Virus record (IMG/VR): IMGVR_UViG_3300018422_000004
Coordinates: 1 to 63,494 of that record
DNA: 63,494 nt
Origin: a virus
Lineage: Duplodnaviria; Caudoviricetes
Strand: one strand, 5' to 3'
In this document: piece by piece, positions 26,262 to 36,342 of the stretch
Layout of the letters: the number at the start of each line of letters is the position of its first letter
Position numbering within the stretch: position 1 is the stretch's first letter
The notes under the pieces: model-generated
Databases searched by the model: none
Told to the model about the DNA's origin: nothing
What the model saw: only the letters and a program-made list of their open reading frames with translations
Made by a program: the position numbers and the translations under genes

Positions 26262-26492
26262 CGGTGAGCTTACCGCAACTTCACCGAACCAAGCGAGCAT
26301 GTCATCGAAGGCACGACCACAGTCCTCGTCGTGCGTCACGTGGGGGATGCCGTCGATGACATGAAACGCGTTGTGGCAGGACCCGCAGTCCCACCTCTCG
26401 AACCAGTGCACGCTGCGACCGTACCGCAAGACAAAAAGAGACAGCCCCGAGAGATCAAGTCTCTGCGGGGCCGTCGGGCCTGAGCTGCTCAC
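26223..26492 (-). CDS. hypothetical protein reading into the tRNA-Met 5' half
   Basis: CGSC...H...C pattern; stop codon lies in the tRNA anticodon loop. Confidence 0.35.
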   Translation of the reverse strand: MSSSGPTAPQRLDLSGLSLFVLRYGRSVHWFERWDCGSCHNAFHVIDGIPHVTHDEDCGRAFDDMLAWFGEVAVSSPGGVEQLGSSGAS

Positions 26493-26545
26493 CCAGGCGG
26501 GGTAGGTGTGAAACCTAGCAGAAGCACCACCGCCACCGCAACAAC

Positions 26546-26596
26546 AAAAAAAGTGCCCGGCTCCAACCCCCTGGGACAGGGTTGGAGCCGGGCACT
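26546..26596 (-). terminator. intrinsic terminator of the late/lysis operon
   Basis: AGTGCCCGGCTCCAACCC stem followed by a U-run on the minus strand. Confidence 0.85.
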
Positions 26597-26633
26597 GGTG
26601 TTACGTGAGGTGCTCCCGCGCACCTCTGCTCCC

Positions 26634-26838
26634 TCACCTGCTCAGAGGCGTCGCACCTGAGCATGGCGAGGATGTTACTTCGTAGCGGCGGGTGGGGATA
26701 CCAGCGTCCTCCGCGAGACCAGCGGTGTGAGTGGCACCCACCGCGGTCCCATCACCCCACACTGTTTTCAGTGCGGCGTCGATGGTGGCGACATCAGTCC
26801 AGCTGCGTGACCCTAGTGACGAGGATCCGCCGGGTCAC
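26634..26838 (-). pseudogene. SLOG/DUF2493 (YspA-like) remnant with frameshift and internal deletion
   Basis: MTRRILVT/(+1)GSRSWTD..TIDAAL..VWGDGTAV|GATHTAGLAEDAGIPTRRY; GTGA-coupled to upstream ORF. Confidence 0.65.
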
Positions 26839-26967
26839 CTGCACCACTTCGGGCTGGTGAGATAATACGTGATCTTCGCTGCCACCGCGAGTAGCGCCAA
26901 CACGGCCAGCGCCCACGGCCACTTCTTACGACGTGCCGGCGGCTTGAGTAGCCCGAGTTTCGCCAGC

Positions 26968-27177
26968 TCAGTGCGGACCGCGGCGGCGACGTCGGATAGG
27001 TCGTGCATTGAGTTCATACCCCCTCGGTGGGTATTTGCGGGTGTGGTAGATCGCGCCACTGATCGCGGTGAGGACCATCAAGGCCAGGCCCACCAGCGCG
27101 AGCCACAACAGGGCCTCGACGACCACCCCGACGATGACCAGCGCGAGCCACAAACCCAGCAGCAGGAAAACGATCAC
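26968..27177 (-). CDS. small membrane protein
   Basis: 2 TM; GTGA overlap with the holin-like gene. Confidence 0.5.
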   Translation of the reverse strand: MIVFLLLGLWLALVIVGVVVEALLWLALVGLALMVLTAISGAIYHTRKYPPRGYELNARPIRRRRRGPH

Positions 27178-27521
27178 CGCAGTGGCCCGATCGGGCCACC
27201 AGTGGTGGTGGTGTAAGTGACCGGCGGGATAGTCGGCCGCGGAACGAGCCGCTGACCCTCATCGTCCATCGGGTCACTGACCGGCGTGACCTCCGCGCGA
27301 CCAGCTACCGCCAGCGCCCGCGCACCGAGCACCGTCGCCGCCACCGCCAGCGCACCGGGGATCAGCCCGAACAGCGCGGTCACCAGGTTGGATGTTTGGA
27401 CGGTGATCAGGCCAGCGGACACCAGCGCCGTCAAAACACCCATCATGAGACCGTTGATGGTGCTGGCCTCACCGATGAGAGCTTTCAACGGCTCCGGCCG
27501 CGGGCTATCAGTAGTGGTCAT
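27174..27521 (-). CDS. holin-like membrane protein
   Basis: 2 TM + VTPVSDP motif, directly downstream of the endolysin. Confidence 0.7.
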   Translation of the reverse strand: MTTTDSPRPEPLKALIGEASTINGLMMGVLTALVSAGLITVQTSNLVTALFGLIPGALAVAATVLGARALAVAGRAEVTPVSDPMDDEGQRLVPRPTIPPVTYTTTTGGPIGPLR

Positions 27522-28264
27522 TTCGGTTGCAACTCCAAACACCAACCAACGGAACCGGGACTGTTCGTGTGGATCGTCATCTGATCTGCCCCGTCAGGTA
27601 GCTCAATCCACCACCGTTTATCTTTCACCAAAACAATGGTGTGATTGGAGATACCGCCTTTCGGGCCTTGGACCCACACGGACCCGGTGGCGTTCTCGGA
27701 ACTCGCCAAAGACAACCATCCTTTAGCGACCAGCCCGCTCACCGACCCGATAGGCATCACGAGTTTAGTGACTTGCGAACCGGACGGGATAACACCAGCG
27801 GGCATGTCGAGGACTCCTACCTTCGGTAGCGGTTTCTTTATGTGCGCGCCGCCGAACATGGGCAGGTTCCACGGCCGGGGGTCGTCACAACACGGGTCGT
27901 CCATCACGGAAAGGTGCAGGTGCTGGTCGTGGCGATTACTCCCGAAATAAGGCACCCACTGCCACGGCCTGCGACCGGGCCGGGTGTCGAGGATCATCCC
28001 GTTAGCGATGATGTATTTGATTCGCTTGTCGCGGGACGCCGCGAGTTCATCGGATAGCTGTCCGATATCCGGTCCGTTGACGGGATCGTGCGTGTAGTCC
28101 CGTGCGGTGACAATCCCCGGCCCGAACCAGGCGTTGTGGTCAGAGGCTCGTGATTGGTGGCTTGCGTCTCCGATACTGCCATCCGATTTACGGGACCTGT
28201 TGGGAAACCGGTCGTTCAACTGCCTGAGCAGGGTGTCGAGACTACGTGCGACTCGCCATGCCAT
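27518..28264 (-). CDS. endolysin (M15-like Zn peptidase catalytic domain)
   Basis: WRVARSL..L..QLN..FPNR...SDG.IGD..H..R.SDHN...ARD...Y.I...H..HLHLS. Confidence 0.8.
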   Translation of the reverse strand: MAWRVARSLDTLLRQLNDRFPNRSRKSDGSIGDASHQSRASDHNAWFGPGIVTARDYTHDPVNGPDIGQLSDELAASRDKRIKYIIANGMILDTRPGRRPWQWVPYFGSNRHDQHLHLSVMDDPCCDDPRPWNLPMFGGAHIKKPLPKVGVLDMPAGVIPSGSQVTKLVMPIGSVSGLVAKGWLSLASSENATGSVWVQGPKGGISNHTIVLVKDKRWWIELPDGADQMTIHTNSPGSVGWCLELQPK

Positions 28265-28337
28265 GAGACCCCCCAAATAGGTGCGAGGCCGGTACCCACA
28301 GAAGGAAAGGGGTACCGGCCTCGCAAATCGGATCTCT

Positions 28338-28631
28338 TTAGAAGTCCGACGGACCGTCGGGCATCGGCGGTACCGGCTCACTGGCCGCGCCGAGTGCCCG
28401 CAGGTGCTCCAGGACCGGAGCGAACTTCGCGGTGATAGCCGGGTCATCAGGAAGGTTGCGGGTGATCCAGTCGGCGATGCGGGTGGTCTCGACCTCTACA
28501 GCAGCGAGACCGTCTTCGAGTGCGGACATGCGTTCTCCTAATCGTGTAATGCGTTGGCTGTGGCGGGTGACTCGCTGGTGCAGCGCCCGGATGTTGAGGG
28601 ACTGCAATAGGTCGGTGAACGGTTTCTTCAT
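28338..28631 (-). CDS. coiled-coil hypothetical protein (lysis region)
   Basis: 97 aa. Confidence 0.5.
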   Translation of the reverse strand: MKKPFTDLLQSLNIRALHQRVTRHSQRITRLGERMSALEDGLAAVEVETTRIADWITRNLPDDPAITAKFAPVLEHLRALGAASEPVPPMPDGPSDF

Positions 28632-28655
28632 TCAGTTCCCCCGGTTTGTGACCCT

Positions 28656-29174
28656 TTAACCGGCCGGGCAATCCACATCGGTGGAGATCTGCCGGAGCTT
28701 CTCGTACGCCTCGTCGTACGCCTGCGGTCCCTTCTCGTAGCTACCCCGCGCAGCGTCGCTGTAACTACTAATCAACAAGGTGTTCAGGGGGCACAGGCCT
28801 TGTCGTTGTAGCGTGTCGAGCCGCTCGATGTTGGCACGGTTGGATAGGGCGACGTAGGTGAGCCCGGCCGTGAACGCGACCACCACCAAAAGTAGCGCTG
28901 CAACAACCCACGCTGCTTTCCTGGCGCGACCCGCGGTCAACTCGGACTTGGTGGCCCGATCGAACGATGTGGTGGCCCGATCATCGGTGTCAGTGATCCG
29001 GCTGTCCATGTCGATAACCGATTCACGTAGCTCGCGGAGCAGTTCGGCGATCTCGTCGGCGCGTGATGTCAGCGACTCACCGGGCATGATGACCAGCTTC
29101 TCGCCCGGCAGATTGTCGGTACCATCCGTCCCCACCATGTGTTTAACTGACGGGTCGACTGGTGGATCGCTCAT
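28656..29174 (-). CDS. membrane protein (lysis region)
   Basis: coiled coil, one TM, C-terminal Cys pair. Confidence 0.6.
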   Translation of the reverse strand: MSDPPVDPSVKHMVGTDGTDNLPGEKLVIMPGESLTSRADEIAELLRELRESVIDMDSRITDTDDRATTSFDRATKSELTAGRARKAAWVVAALLLVVVAFTAGLTYVALSNRANIERLDTLQRQGLCPLNTLLISSYSDAARGSYEKGPQAYDEAYEKLRQISTDVDCPAG

Positions 29175-29400
29175 CGTTGTCGTCACCCTCCCAGTGCATC
29201 TTGATCTGCTGGGCTTCGGCATAAAGCGCAGCGACCCACGCGTCGACTTTGTCCGCCGCGGACAGGAGTTGCCCTTTCAATTCTTGGGTTTCTCGTTTCA
29301 GCTCTTCATCGGTCTCTTCATCCCACGGTCTCGGCATCGAGACCTCCTGTTGCATAGCCCGCCGCTTCATGACGGGGTGCGCGTGCTACGGGGAAAACAG

Positions 29401-29790
29401 TCAAGGCAAGCGAGCCCGCAGGTCGGCTATTTGCCTGGTGGCGATATCCAAATCTGTTTGCAACTGGGCGACTCGGGTGGTCAACCGGACGTTCTCGGCG
29501 TGTGCGTCACGGAGCTGCTGCGTGAACTCCAACTGCGCTGTGTCGTATCTCGCTTCTAGCCTGCTGACTTTCGCGTCCTGGCTTTTGATCATTTCCCGAA
29601 ACGCTTCACCGTCCTGCTGGTGTTTCGAGACCAGGTCCATCGCCGCGTTGACTTGGACTGAGTCACTGGTGGTGTTGACCTGCCTGATTTCCGCGCGGCG
29701 CCGGAACAGGAAAATCAGTAACTGGACTGTGCCGCCGCCGAGGAAAATGGCGAGGACGTTGAGGGCGAACTCGGGACTCAAGGTGGGCAC
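29401..29790 (-). CDS. N-anchored coiled-coil membrane protein
   Basis: TM with GGG, then heptad repeats. Confidence 0.65.
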   Translation of the reverse strand: MPTLSPEFALNVLAIFLGGGTVQLLIFLFRRRAEIRQVNTTSDSVQVNAAMDLVSKHQQDGEAFREMIKSQDAKVSRLEARYDTAQLEFTQQLRDAHAENVRLTTRVAQLQTDLDIATRQIADLRARLP

Positions 29791-29793
29791 GAG

Positions 29794-30222
29794 TCACTTC
29801 TCCTCCGATCGCTGACGCGCTCGTGCCTCTCGAACGAGCATCAGTACCCGGCCGAGGAACCCGGTCGCGATGGCGAGGTAACCCATTCCAGCGACGATGC
29901 CCTGCACCCTGAGACCGAGGATGACACCGCACCCGTAGATGGCCGCACCGAACACGATCAGACTGAGACCGATCATTTCCTGTAATGGATCGGACCGGAG
30001 GACACTAACCAATACACAGACGCCACCGAGGAGCATGGCGGCGCCCATGATTCGGATGATGGTTCCGCCACCGATGTTGGTGAACGCTCGGGATACGTTC
30101 TCGCCGAGGATGAGCGCGGCGATCCCGATGGGGATCATCACCAGCGGAATGGTGACCGACGTCGGTCGGCTACGCCACGCATCCACCAGCCGACGTACCC
30201 CGCGGCCTAATTTTCGGTGCAA
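29794..30222 (-). CDS. 4-TM membrane protein (possible second holin)
   Basis: four hydrophobic helices. Confidence 0.6.
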   Translation of the reverse strand: MHRKLGRGVRRLVDAWRSRPTSVTIPLVMIPIGIAALILGENVSRAFTNIGGGTIIRIMGAAMLLGGVCVLVSVLRSDPLQEMIGLSLIVFGAAIYGCGVILGLRVQGIVAGMGYLAIATGFLGRVLMLVREARARQRSEEK

Positions 30223-30756
30223 CTGAGACCCCCCTCCGGCGGCAACCGTCCAGCGGTGGTCGCAAGTTGCAAAAGACTGAGACGGTTCCTCGGGGTGGCC
30301 TATTCGGCGCCGGGCCGGTACACGGCGAGCTGCGCGACGTGGTCCAACACGACGACTGTGACACCGGGTAGTAGCTCACCGAACCGTTCCCTGATGCGGC
30401 GCGCTTCGGTTGGTGGGACCGTGTTGGTGAACCCGATCACCAGGGTGTCGCCTGAGCGGATGGGGCCAGCGCCATGCACCACGATGTTGGGCTCAGTCAA
30501 TGGAGTGGTTCCAGTCTTTGGTGGTGTCATTTACTCGGCACTAAGGTGCGGTGATTCGCCCCCTACGGCCTGGGAGGGCCCCCGCGATGACCGACGACTG
30601 GTTGCAGCTCGCTATCAACGTCCTCAGGGCGAAAGCCCACCGTGAGAACAACGCGCACGCGCTGTGCCTGGCCCACGAACTGGAGCGAGGTCGACAGCGC
30701 CGGGAAGTAACGGAGTTCGCAGTAAGAGCTGTGAAGAAGCAAGCCGTGGGCGCGTG

Positions 30757-31068
30757 ATGAAACGGCGGCTCAACCATCCCCTGGCGCCGTGGCTGGTGGT
30801 CACCGCCGTGGTAGGCACAGCCAACGTCACGGCGATACTGCTGTTGACTACGGACGCCTCGTCCGCAGCGATCTCCGCGATATGGGGGTGGCTCTTCGCG
30901 ATGGTGTCGGCGTTGATGGGTTACCGCGTCGGTTGCAGGCGCCATCACGTCATCGGAGAGTTGATCTCCTACTGCTCCGACGAGGACGGGATCCCAAGCC
31001 ACCCGCCGGTGACAAGGACGATCTCCGTCACCGAACGGGGACTAGTCCTGGACCACCCACACGATGAG
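30757..31068 (+). CDS. antisense-oriented membrane protein (end approximate)
   Basis: MKRRLNHPLAPWLVV..., 2 TM; reading frame continues to 31164. Confidence 0.35.
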
Positions 31069-31205
31069 TCCGGCGACGAACACCACCCACCCCGCTTCCG
31101 CGCAAGCAGGCAACCGACGAGCCGCGAACTCCGGGGCCATCGTGTCGATGATGAGCAGACCTAAACCCACGACGATGAGGATCGACAGCAGCACCGCGAC
31201 ACCCA

Positions 31206-31361
31206 TCACCAGTAGTGCCGGCGACCGCCGACGGGATAACCGGCCCTGCCGACGATCTCCAACACCACCCCGATCAAGACCAGGATGATCCCGAGCGTGA
31301 CGAGGAGCTGGATCGGGAGGAACCAACCCACGATCAACACGATCACACCGATGACGATCAC
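31206..31361 (-). CDS. DUF6131-like small membrane protein
   Basis: VIVIGVIVLIVG...VGGRRHYW; AAAGGAG RBS. Confidence 0.7.
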   Translation of the reverse strand: MIVIGVIVLIVGWFLPIQLLVTLGIILVLIGVVLEIVGRAGYPVGGRRHYW

Positions 31362-31753
31362 AGCAGCTCCTTTTACGGGGGAACGCCTTCGATGGCTAAA
31401 CGGCCAGTGACCAAACGACTTTGGGCTGTACTCCAGGGCGCGAGACTGTGCCACACGTGCCACACAAGATACGTCTACAGCCACAACCGGTTGAACATCA
31501 CGTGCGACATATGCGAAGAGGCAATCAGGAAAGGGAAGCTCAAGCGCGGAACGTAACGCCTAGTCGTCGTCACCGGGTGCGGCAGTGCCCGCAGCGCGAC
31601 CGGCCACCGGCCCGAGATCAGCCGACGGGATCACCGCGTCGGGATCCGGCTCTGGCTGTGTGAGCGGCTGGAGAACTTCGTCCGGTGTCGGGATCCGCGG
31701 TTGTGGTTCAGTCATCTGACGATACCTTTCCCCCGAGGCTTGCCTGCCGTAGG

Positions 31754-32041
31754 TCAGTGCGTAACGACAGGCCCGCCGCGCTGGACCGTGGGCGCCGGTG
31801 CGCGAGTAGCTTTCGGCTCAGCGGCCCGCGGGGGTCCGGCCTTCTCGTCTGACTCGCACGCAACGCCATCACGATCCCGATCAAGGGCGGTGCGGTAACG
31901 GGGATCGCTGCTAGGGATGTTGCTCGCACCCGCCGCGTGAGCTTCCGTGCAATTCGTGAACGGCTCCGACAATCCCCACGCGGGACCCGTCAACACAACA
32001 GCCAGGGCAATCACGACAGCGGTCAGTGCAGCCACACGCAT
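31754..32041 (-). CDS. secreted Excalibur Ca-binding domain protein
   Basis: signal peptide; FTNCTEAHAAGASNI..SDP.Y...LDRDRDGVACE. Confidence 0.88.
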   Translation of the reverse strand: MRVAALTAVVIALAVVLTGPAWGLSEPFTNCTEAHAAGASNIPSSDPRYRTALDRDRDGVACESDEKAGPPRAAEPKATRAPAPTVQRGGPVVTH

Positions 32042-32185
32042 CCGATTCTCCTTCACGTTTACAGCGAATGCCGTCCCTAATGGGAGGCAGCGGGACACCT
32101 TCACAGCAATTCGCTTTCCGGCGGCACTCCGGGCACAACCAGCGCGTTGAGATCGGGTCGAACTCGTGACCGCAGTACTCGCAGT

Positions 32186-32674
32186 TCATGCCGGGATCGG
32201 AACGCCCTGGGCTGGGGCCGCGGTGACCGCGAACACGACCCGTACCTTCGACGCGTCCCCACCGGTGGTGCGGAGCACACCGGTGGCTGCGACTTTCACG
32301 GGAAACACCTCGGCTTTGTTCGCCAAAGAATCGCCGCCGTCGCAAAACATGATGAACCCAGTCGCGCCGCGGGGCAGCAACGAACGAACATCAATCCCGT
32401 TTTTCGACGTATAAAGCGTTAACGAACAATTCGAGGCACTGAGACTACCCACACCCTCGGTTTTGAATGCGCTGCCCATCGGTTGGGTGTCGAACACCTC
32501 GGATTCGATCACCCAACCCGACAGGTCGTTGACTTCCCCCGTGAGATTTGTGCCCGCGTTCATTTCCACCCGGGTAGGGATCCGAGTAGCCGCCGCGATC
32601 ACCGGCAGGTAATAGATCCTCGTGACAGCCTGGTCACAAAACCTGGTGCTCGCTATCAGCGCTGGGGTGGGCAT
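32186..32674 (-). CDS. second tail tube (major tail) protein paralog
   Basis: co-linear over its full length with 41740-42231. Confidence 0.85.
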   Translation of the reverse strand: MPTPALIASTRFCDQAVTRIYYLPVIAAATRIPTRVEMNAGTNLTGEVNDLSGWVIESEVFDTQPMGSAFKTEGVGSLSASNCSLTLYTSKNGIDVRSLLPRGATGFIMFCDGGDSLANKAEVFPVKVAATGVLRTTGGDASKVRVVFAVTAAPAQGVPIPA

Positions 32675-33074
32675 CGGTTACCGTCTCCACTTCCAGTGGC
32701 TCTGCCAATAGCGCCTTCAATAAAAAGTCCCCGGCGGTTTCAGGGAAGGTGCAGAACAGGGTGCTCGGCGACCTGGTCCGGCGGTGATGATTGCTCCGAC
32801 CCGGTGGGCTCTGAAGGTTCCACCACCGGTGGTGACCAACCCAGCTTGATGAGCTTGCGGCGCAACCTCGCCGGCACCCGCTTAGTCCGACCCTCAGCTG
32901 TGGCCTCGTGCCTACGTTCCAAGTGCAGCAGGATCTGCTCGTCGGCGGTGTGCTCCGAGCTGGGGACTGTCCGCGCGGGACACAACGCGCATTGTTTGAT
33001 AGCCAGTACCCCATCGGTGTGCGACCGGTGTTGGATCAGCTGCTCCAACGGGATCGTCACCCAGTCCTGGGTCA

Positions 33075-33545
33075 TCACGCCACCCTGCACAATCTGACCC
33101 ACGAACCGACCTGGAGGATGGTGGACCCACTGGTTGCGTTCTGCGCGAACTGAATAGTCAAAGTCCCGGCCGTCCCAGCGATGTCGATGAACCCGTTGGG
33201 ATTACACGAGATCACGGTGCCGGCTCCAACACCCGCGTAAACCCGCTGGGTCGATGTTGTGCTGTTTCCACCACCGTCCGCTATCCGCACCGTAGCACTA
33301 GCCGGAAGCAGCAAATTGAATTTGACATCAGCGGTCGTGTTCGTGTCCACAAACAGTTGCGACTCGAACACGAACGCGGTATTCGCTTCGACGTCGAACA
33401 CTAGATCGGTAGATGAGACGAACGTGGTGTTCGCGCTGGACTGGGTAGCGGACTGGTACTTCTCCCGCCGTAGATCGTGTGCGATGTTGTGTGCGTCCGC
33501 GGTGTCCTTTTGGCCCGCCACGAACGGAATAAGCAAATCTGCCAT
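33075..33545 (-). CDS. minor tail protein
   Basis: AGTLTIQFAQN...GSWVR C-terminus typical of actinophage tail tips. Confidence 0.7.
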   Translation of the reverse strand: MADLLIPFVAGQKDTADAHNIAHDLRREKYQSATQSSANTTFVSSTDLVFDVEANTAFVFESQLFVDTNTTADVKFNLLLPASATVRIADGGGNSTTSTQRVYAGVGAGTVISCNPNGFIDIAGTAGTLTIQFAQNATSGSTILQVGSWVRLCRVA

Positions 33546-33552
33546 GAGTCGG

Positions 33553-36300
33553 CTACAAACCGAGCACGCGGGGGCGGGCTACGGACAACGCGGTGCCAGC
33601 ACTGTGTGCTTTAACTGTCCCGTTGACCGAGCGGGTCACAGAGGAGAACGTTTGCGGTGAACTGGTTCCGGATACTGCACCCACTGATATCTCCTCACCG
33701 CCGAGCATGACGGGAATCGGCATGTCACCCGCGCGAGTGGTCCACAGCGTCCCCGATGGGCTATCGACCTGGAATGACGTCGCACTAGTGGTGACCGCGT
33801 TGGTCAGATCAGATCCGCTGGTGTCCAGCCGCGACTCGGGATCATCAAGCGCAGATACCCGGTACGGGCTCGCAGGTGCCGCATTGATCGCGATGTCGTG
33901 GGTGAACACACCGATGGTTTCGGTGTAACCAAGGCAAATCTGGTCGATGGTGTCCGGGGTTTGCCCGGCCATCGGGTTGGTGATTTCGAACCGATCACCA
34001 ACGTCGAGGTCGAGCAGCGCCGCCGACAGCGCCGCGTCACCCGATACCTCCGGGAAGTGCAACCCAACCCGAACCACCGGGTACCGGGTTTCGTCGACGG
34101 TCCCTTTGTTGAGTTCCCAGCCCGCGATATCCGGCAGTTGGTCATCGGAAGCGACATTGACGTTAACTTCGGTGTTGTAGGTGCCTACCCCGCCCAGTTC
34201 CGGGGTCAGGATCGACATTCGGCCGGTTTCCAGCACAGCCCGCGCGGTGCCGCCGTCGAGCCTGGTGACCGAAATGTCGTTGCGGGTCAACTGGTCGTCG
34301 TCTATCGGCTGGAATGGTGGTGCAATCTGACCGCCGCCATAATCCAGGGTCACCGCAGCCGTCTGGGCGTACATGGTGGACAGTTGCCGGTACAGCAACT
34401 CCGGTGCCGAACGCACATCGAACAACATGCTTCTGTCGGCATCGACGCATTCCTGCATGAGCGTCAGCAGCGGCAGCGGACGTTGTGGGCCTACAGCGGC
34501 GCCGAACGCCGTCACAAAGAAGTCCGTAAAAATGAGATTCTGCTCAGATAGCCGGATCAGCCGCTCCACCACTGTTTCCCCAGCGAAGGCGCGCAGCTCG
34601 GCTGACAGGTCCCAGAAATTGGTGATCTCGTTACGCACCGATATGTGCCCCATGGGGACACCAGTCATTTCACCGTGCGGAAACGCCCGCACGCGCAGCG
34701 CTCGTCCCACGGTCCTGTTGACCTGGGTACCTGAAATGAATCCGCCGCCGCTGCTGTCGGCTTCCAGGGAGCGTAGTTCCCAATCGATGTCGCTGCCGTT
34801 CTGTTCCAGCGCCAGCGTGATTCGCACATCTTTCCCGTTCACCGCAAATGCGAACGGACCGCTATCGAAGAGCAACGTGCTGTATTCCCACAGCTGTACA
34901 CTCATCGAGCCCAAAGCGGGAACGCCGGTGTGATATTTGACACTCCACGTTCTCCCACTTGTCGTCGTCAGCTCGATGAAGTGGCTTAAATCCGCTGCCC
35001 CCGACGACGGAACATGCGCGATGAAACTCAGTTGCAGCTCAGTGGTGGCAGTGTAAGTCGGCACCGTTCCGCTCCACGTTGACGTGGTCTGCGGCACAGG
35101 AATCGGATACGACGAAGCGAACTCGCCGTACGCCGCGAAATTGGTGTCACCGACGACCACCATCGAGGGCCCACCCACCGCTGACGCGATGGAATCCGAG
35201 TCCGAGCCCTCCTCGCACGGCCAATAAGCCACAGCAGGTGTCACCAGGCCAGTGATGGCCCGATACAGAGTGGACAGCTGCGGTGCCGTTCCCTGCGCGA
35301 GCCGCCGCAGAATGCTCGCCGCCTCAATAGGCGCCGTGACATCAAGACCGGATGTGTCCCACCGCTGCGGCCACGCCGACACCTCACCGGCGAACCGGAC
35401 GGACCGCACCATGAAATCGTCGTAGGAGAACACGATCGGGAACGCATTGGTGTTACCGGTGGCCCTAGAGGAACGAAGACCTACGGTCCTCGCCGTGGTG
35501 AGGACCACGTCGCTGCTGACCAGCGTCCAATCGAACGGCTCAGGGTTGGTCGCTACCCATACTTTCATTCTCAGGGTTTGGTTCACGCACTGGGCGCGGA
35601 TGGCTAATTGTTGCCCCGCTGCGTGTGTAATGCCCGGTATGGGGTTGAAATCAGTGATATTTAACAATGTCCCAATGGGGTCGCGATAGATGAAACCTAT
35701 GGTCACGACCTCATTGGGAGGGAAGACGATTCTCGCCAGATAACACTCTTCCGTCGCGGGATCAAGGCGCAGCATGACATTCGCGTCGAGGTTGCCGCCA
35801 GTGACGTCCGTGAAAGGGAGACTGATGGTGGCGTACACTTCGACGTCACGCGCGAGGAAACCATCCAGGTAGGTAATTCGCCGAGTTCCGTCGGTGGGAA
35901 TGGAATGCTTGCCAGCCCCCGACCCAACCGTGAAGTCGGTCGCAGCAACGACACCGCCGGCTCCGATGATCGACCATGACTGCCCGGTATCCGCCGCGCC
36001 CCACCCACTCGCAGACGTCCGGCTGAACATATCTTTGGCGGTATTGACACTCACCCTGATCGGTGTGTTGCGGCCCAGCATCCCGTAGTAGGCGCCCATG
36101 GGATTACGTGGCGAGTAGTTACCGCTGCGGTTGTCCAGCGTCAGCGAGCACGTCGCGGGCTGTGACTGGCCCGCCTCATTCGGCTGGCCGCGGGTGATCT
36201 GGATACCATCAGCGGCCCGCACATCACTAGTGACATCAACCCAGTCACCGTTGAGATAAAACTCGGTTGAGGTGTCGCGGGGAACAGTGGGGAATGTCAC
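33553..36300 (-). CDS. minor tail / tail-hub protein
   Basis: WVDVTSDVR..I.ITRG...P..CSLTLDN..G.YSPRNP; AYWPCEEG LamG-like; follows the tape measure gene. Confidence 0.8.
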   Translation of the reverse strand: MTFPTVPRDTSTEFYLNGDWVDVTSDVRAADGIQITRGQPNEAGQSQPATCSLTLDNRSGNYSPRNPMGAYYGMLGRNTPIRVSVNTAKDMFSRTSASGWGAADTGQSWSIIGAGGVVAATDFTVGSGAGKHSIPTDGTRRITYLDGFLARDVEVYATISLPFTDVTGGNLDANVMLRLDPATEECYLARIVFPPNEVVTIGFIYRDPIGTLLNITDFNPIPGITHAAGQQLAIRAQCVNQTLRMKVWVATNPEPFDWTLVSSDVVLTTARTVGLRSSRATGNTNAFPIVFSYDDFMVRSVRFAGEVSAWPQRWDTSGLDVTAPIEAASILRRLAQGTAPQLSTLYRAITGLVTPAVAYWPCEEGSDSDSIASAVGGPSMVVVGDTNFAAYGEFASSYPIPVPQTTSTWSGTVPTYTATTELQLSFIAHVPSSGAADLSHFIELTTTSGRTWSVKYHTGVPALGSMSVQLWEYSTLLFDSGPFAFAVNGKDVRITLALEQNGSDIDWELRSLEADSSGGGFISGTQVNRTVGRALRVRAFPHGEMTGVPMGHISVRNEITNFWDLSAELRAFAGETVVERLIRLSEQNLIFTDFFVTAFGAAVGPQRPLPLLTLMQECVDADRSMLFDVRSAPELLYRQLSTMYAQTAAVTLDYGGGQIAPPFQPIDDDQLTRNDISVTRLDGGTARAVLETGRMSILTPELGGVGTYNTEVNVNVASDDQLPDIAGWELNKGTVDETRYPVVRVGLHFPEVSGDAALSAALLDLDVGDRFEITNPMAGQTPDTIDQICLGYTETIGVFTHDIAINAAPASPYRVSALDDPESRLDTSGSDLTNAVTTSATSFQVDSPSGTLWTTRAGDMPIPVMLGGEEISVGAVSGTSSPQTFSSVTRSVNGTVKAHSAGTALSVARPRVLGL

Positions 36301-36342
36301 CGGTCGCCAACACTCCTAGGGTCTGGTCGCGCAGTCCGACCG

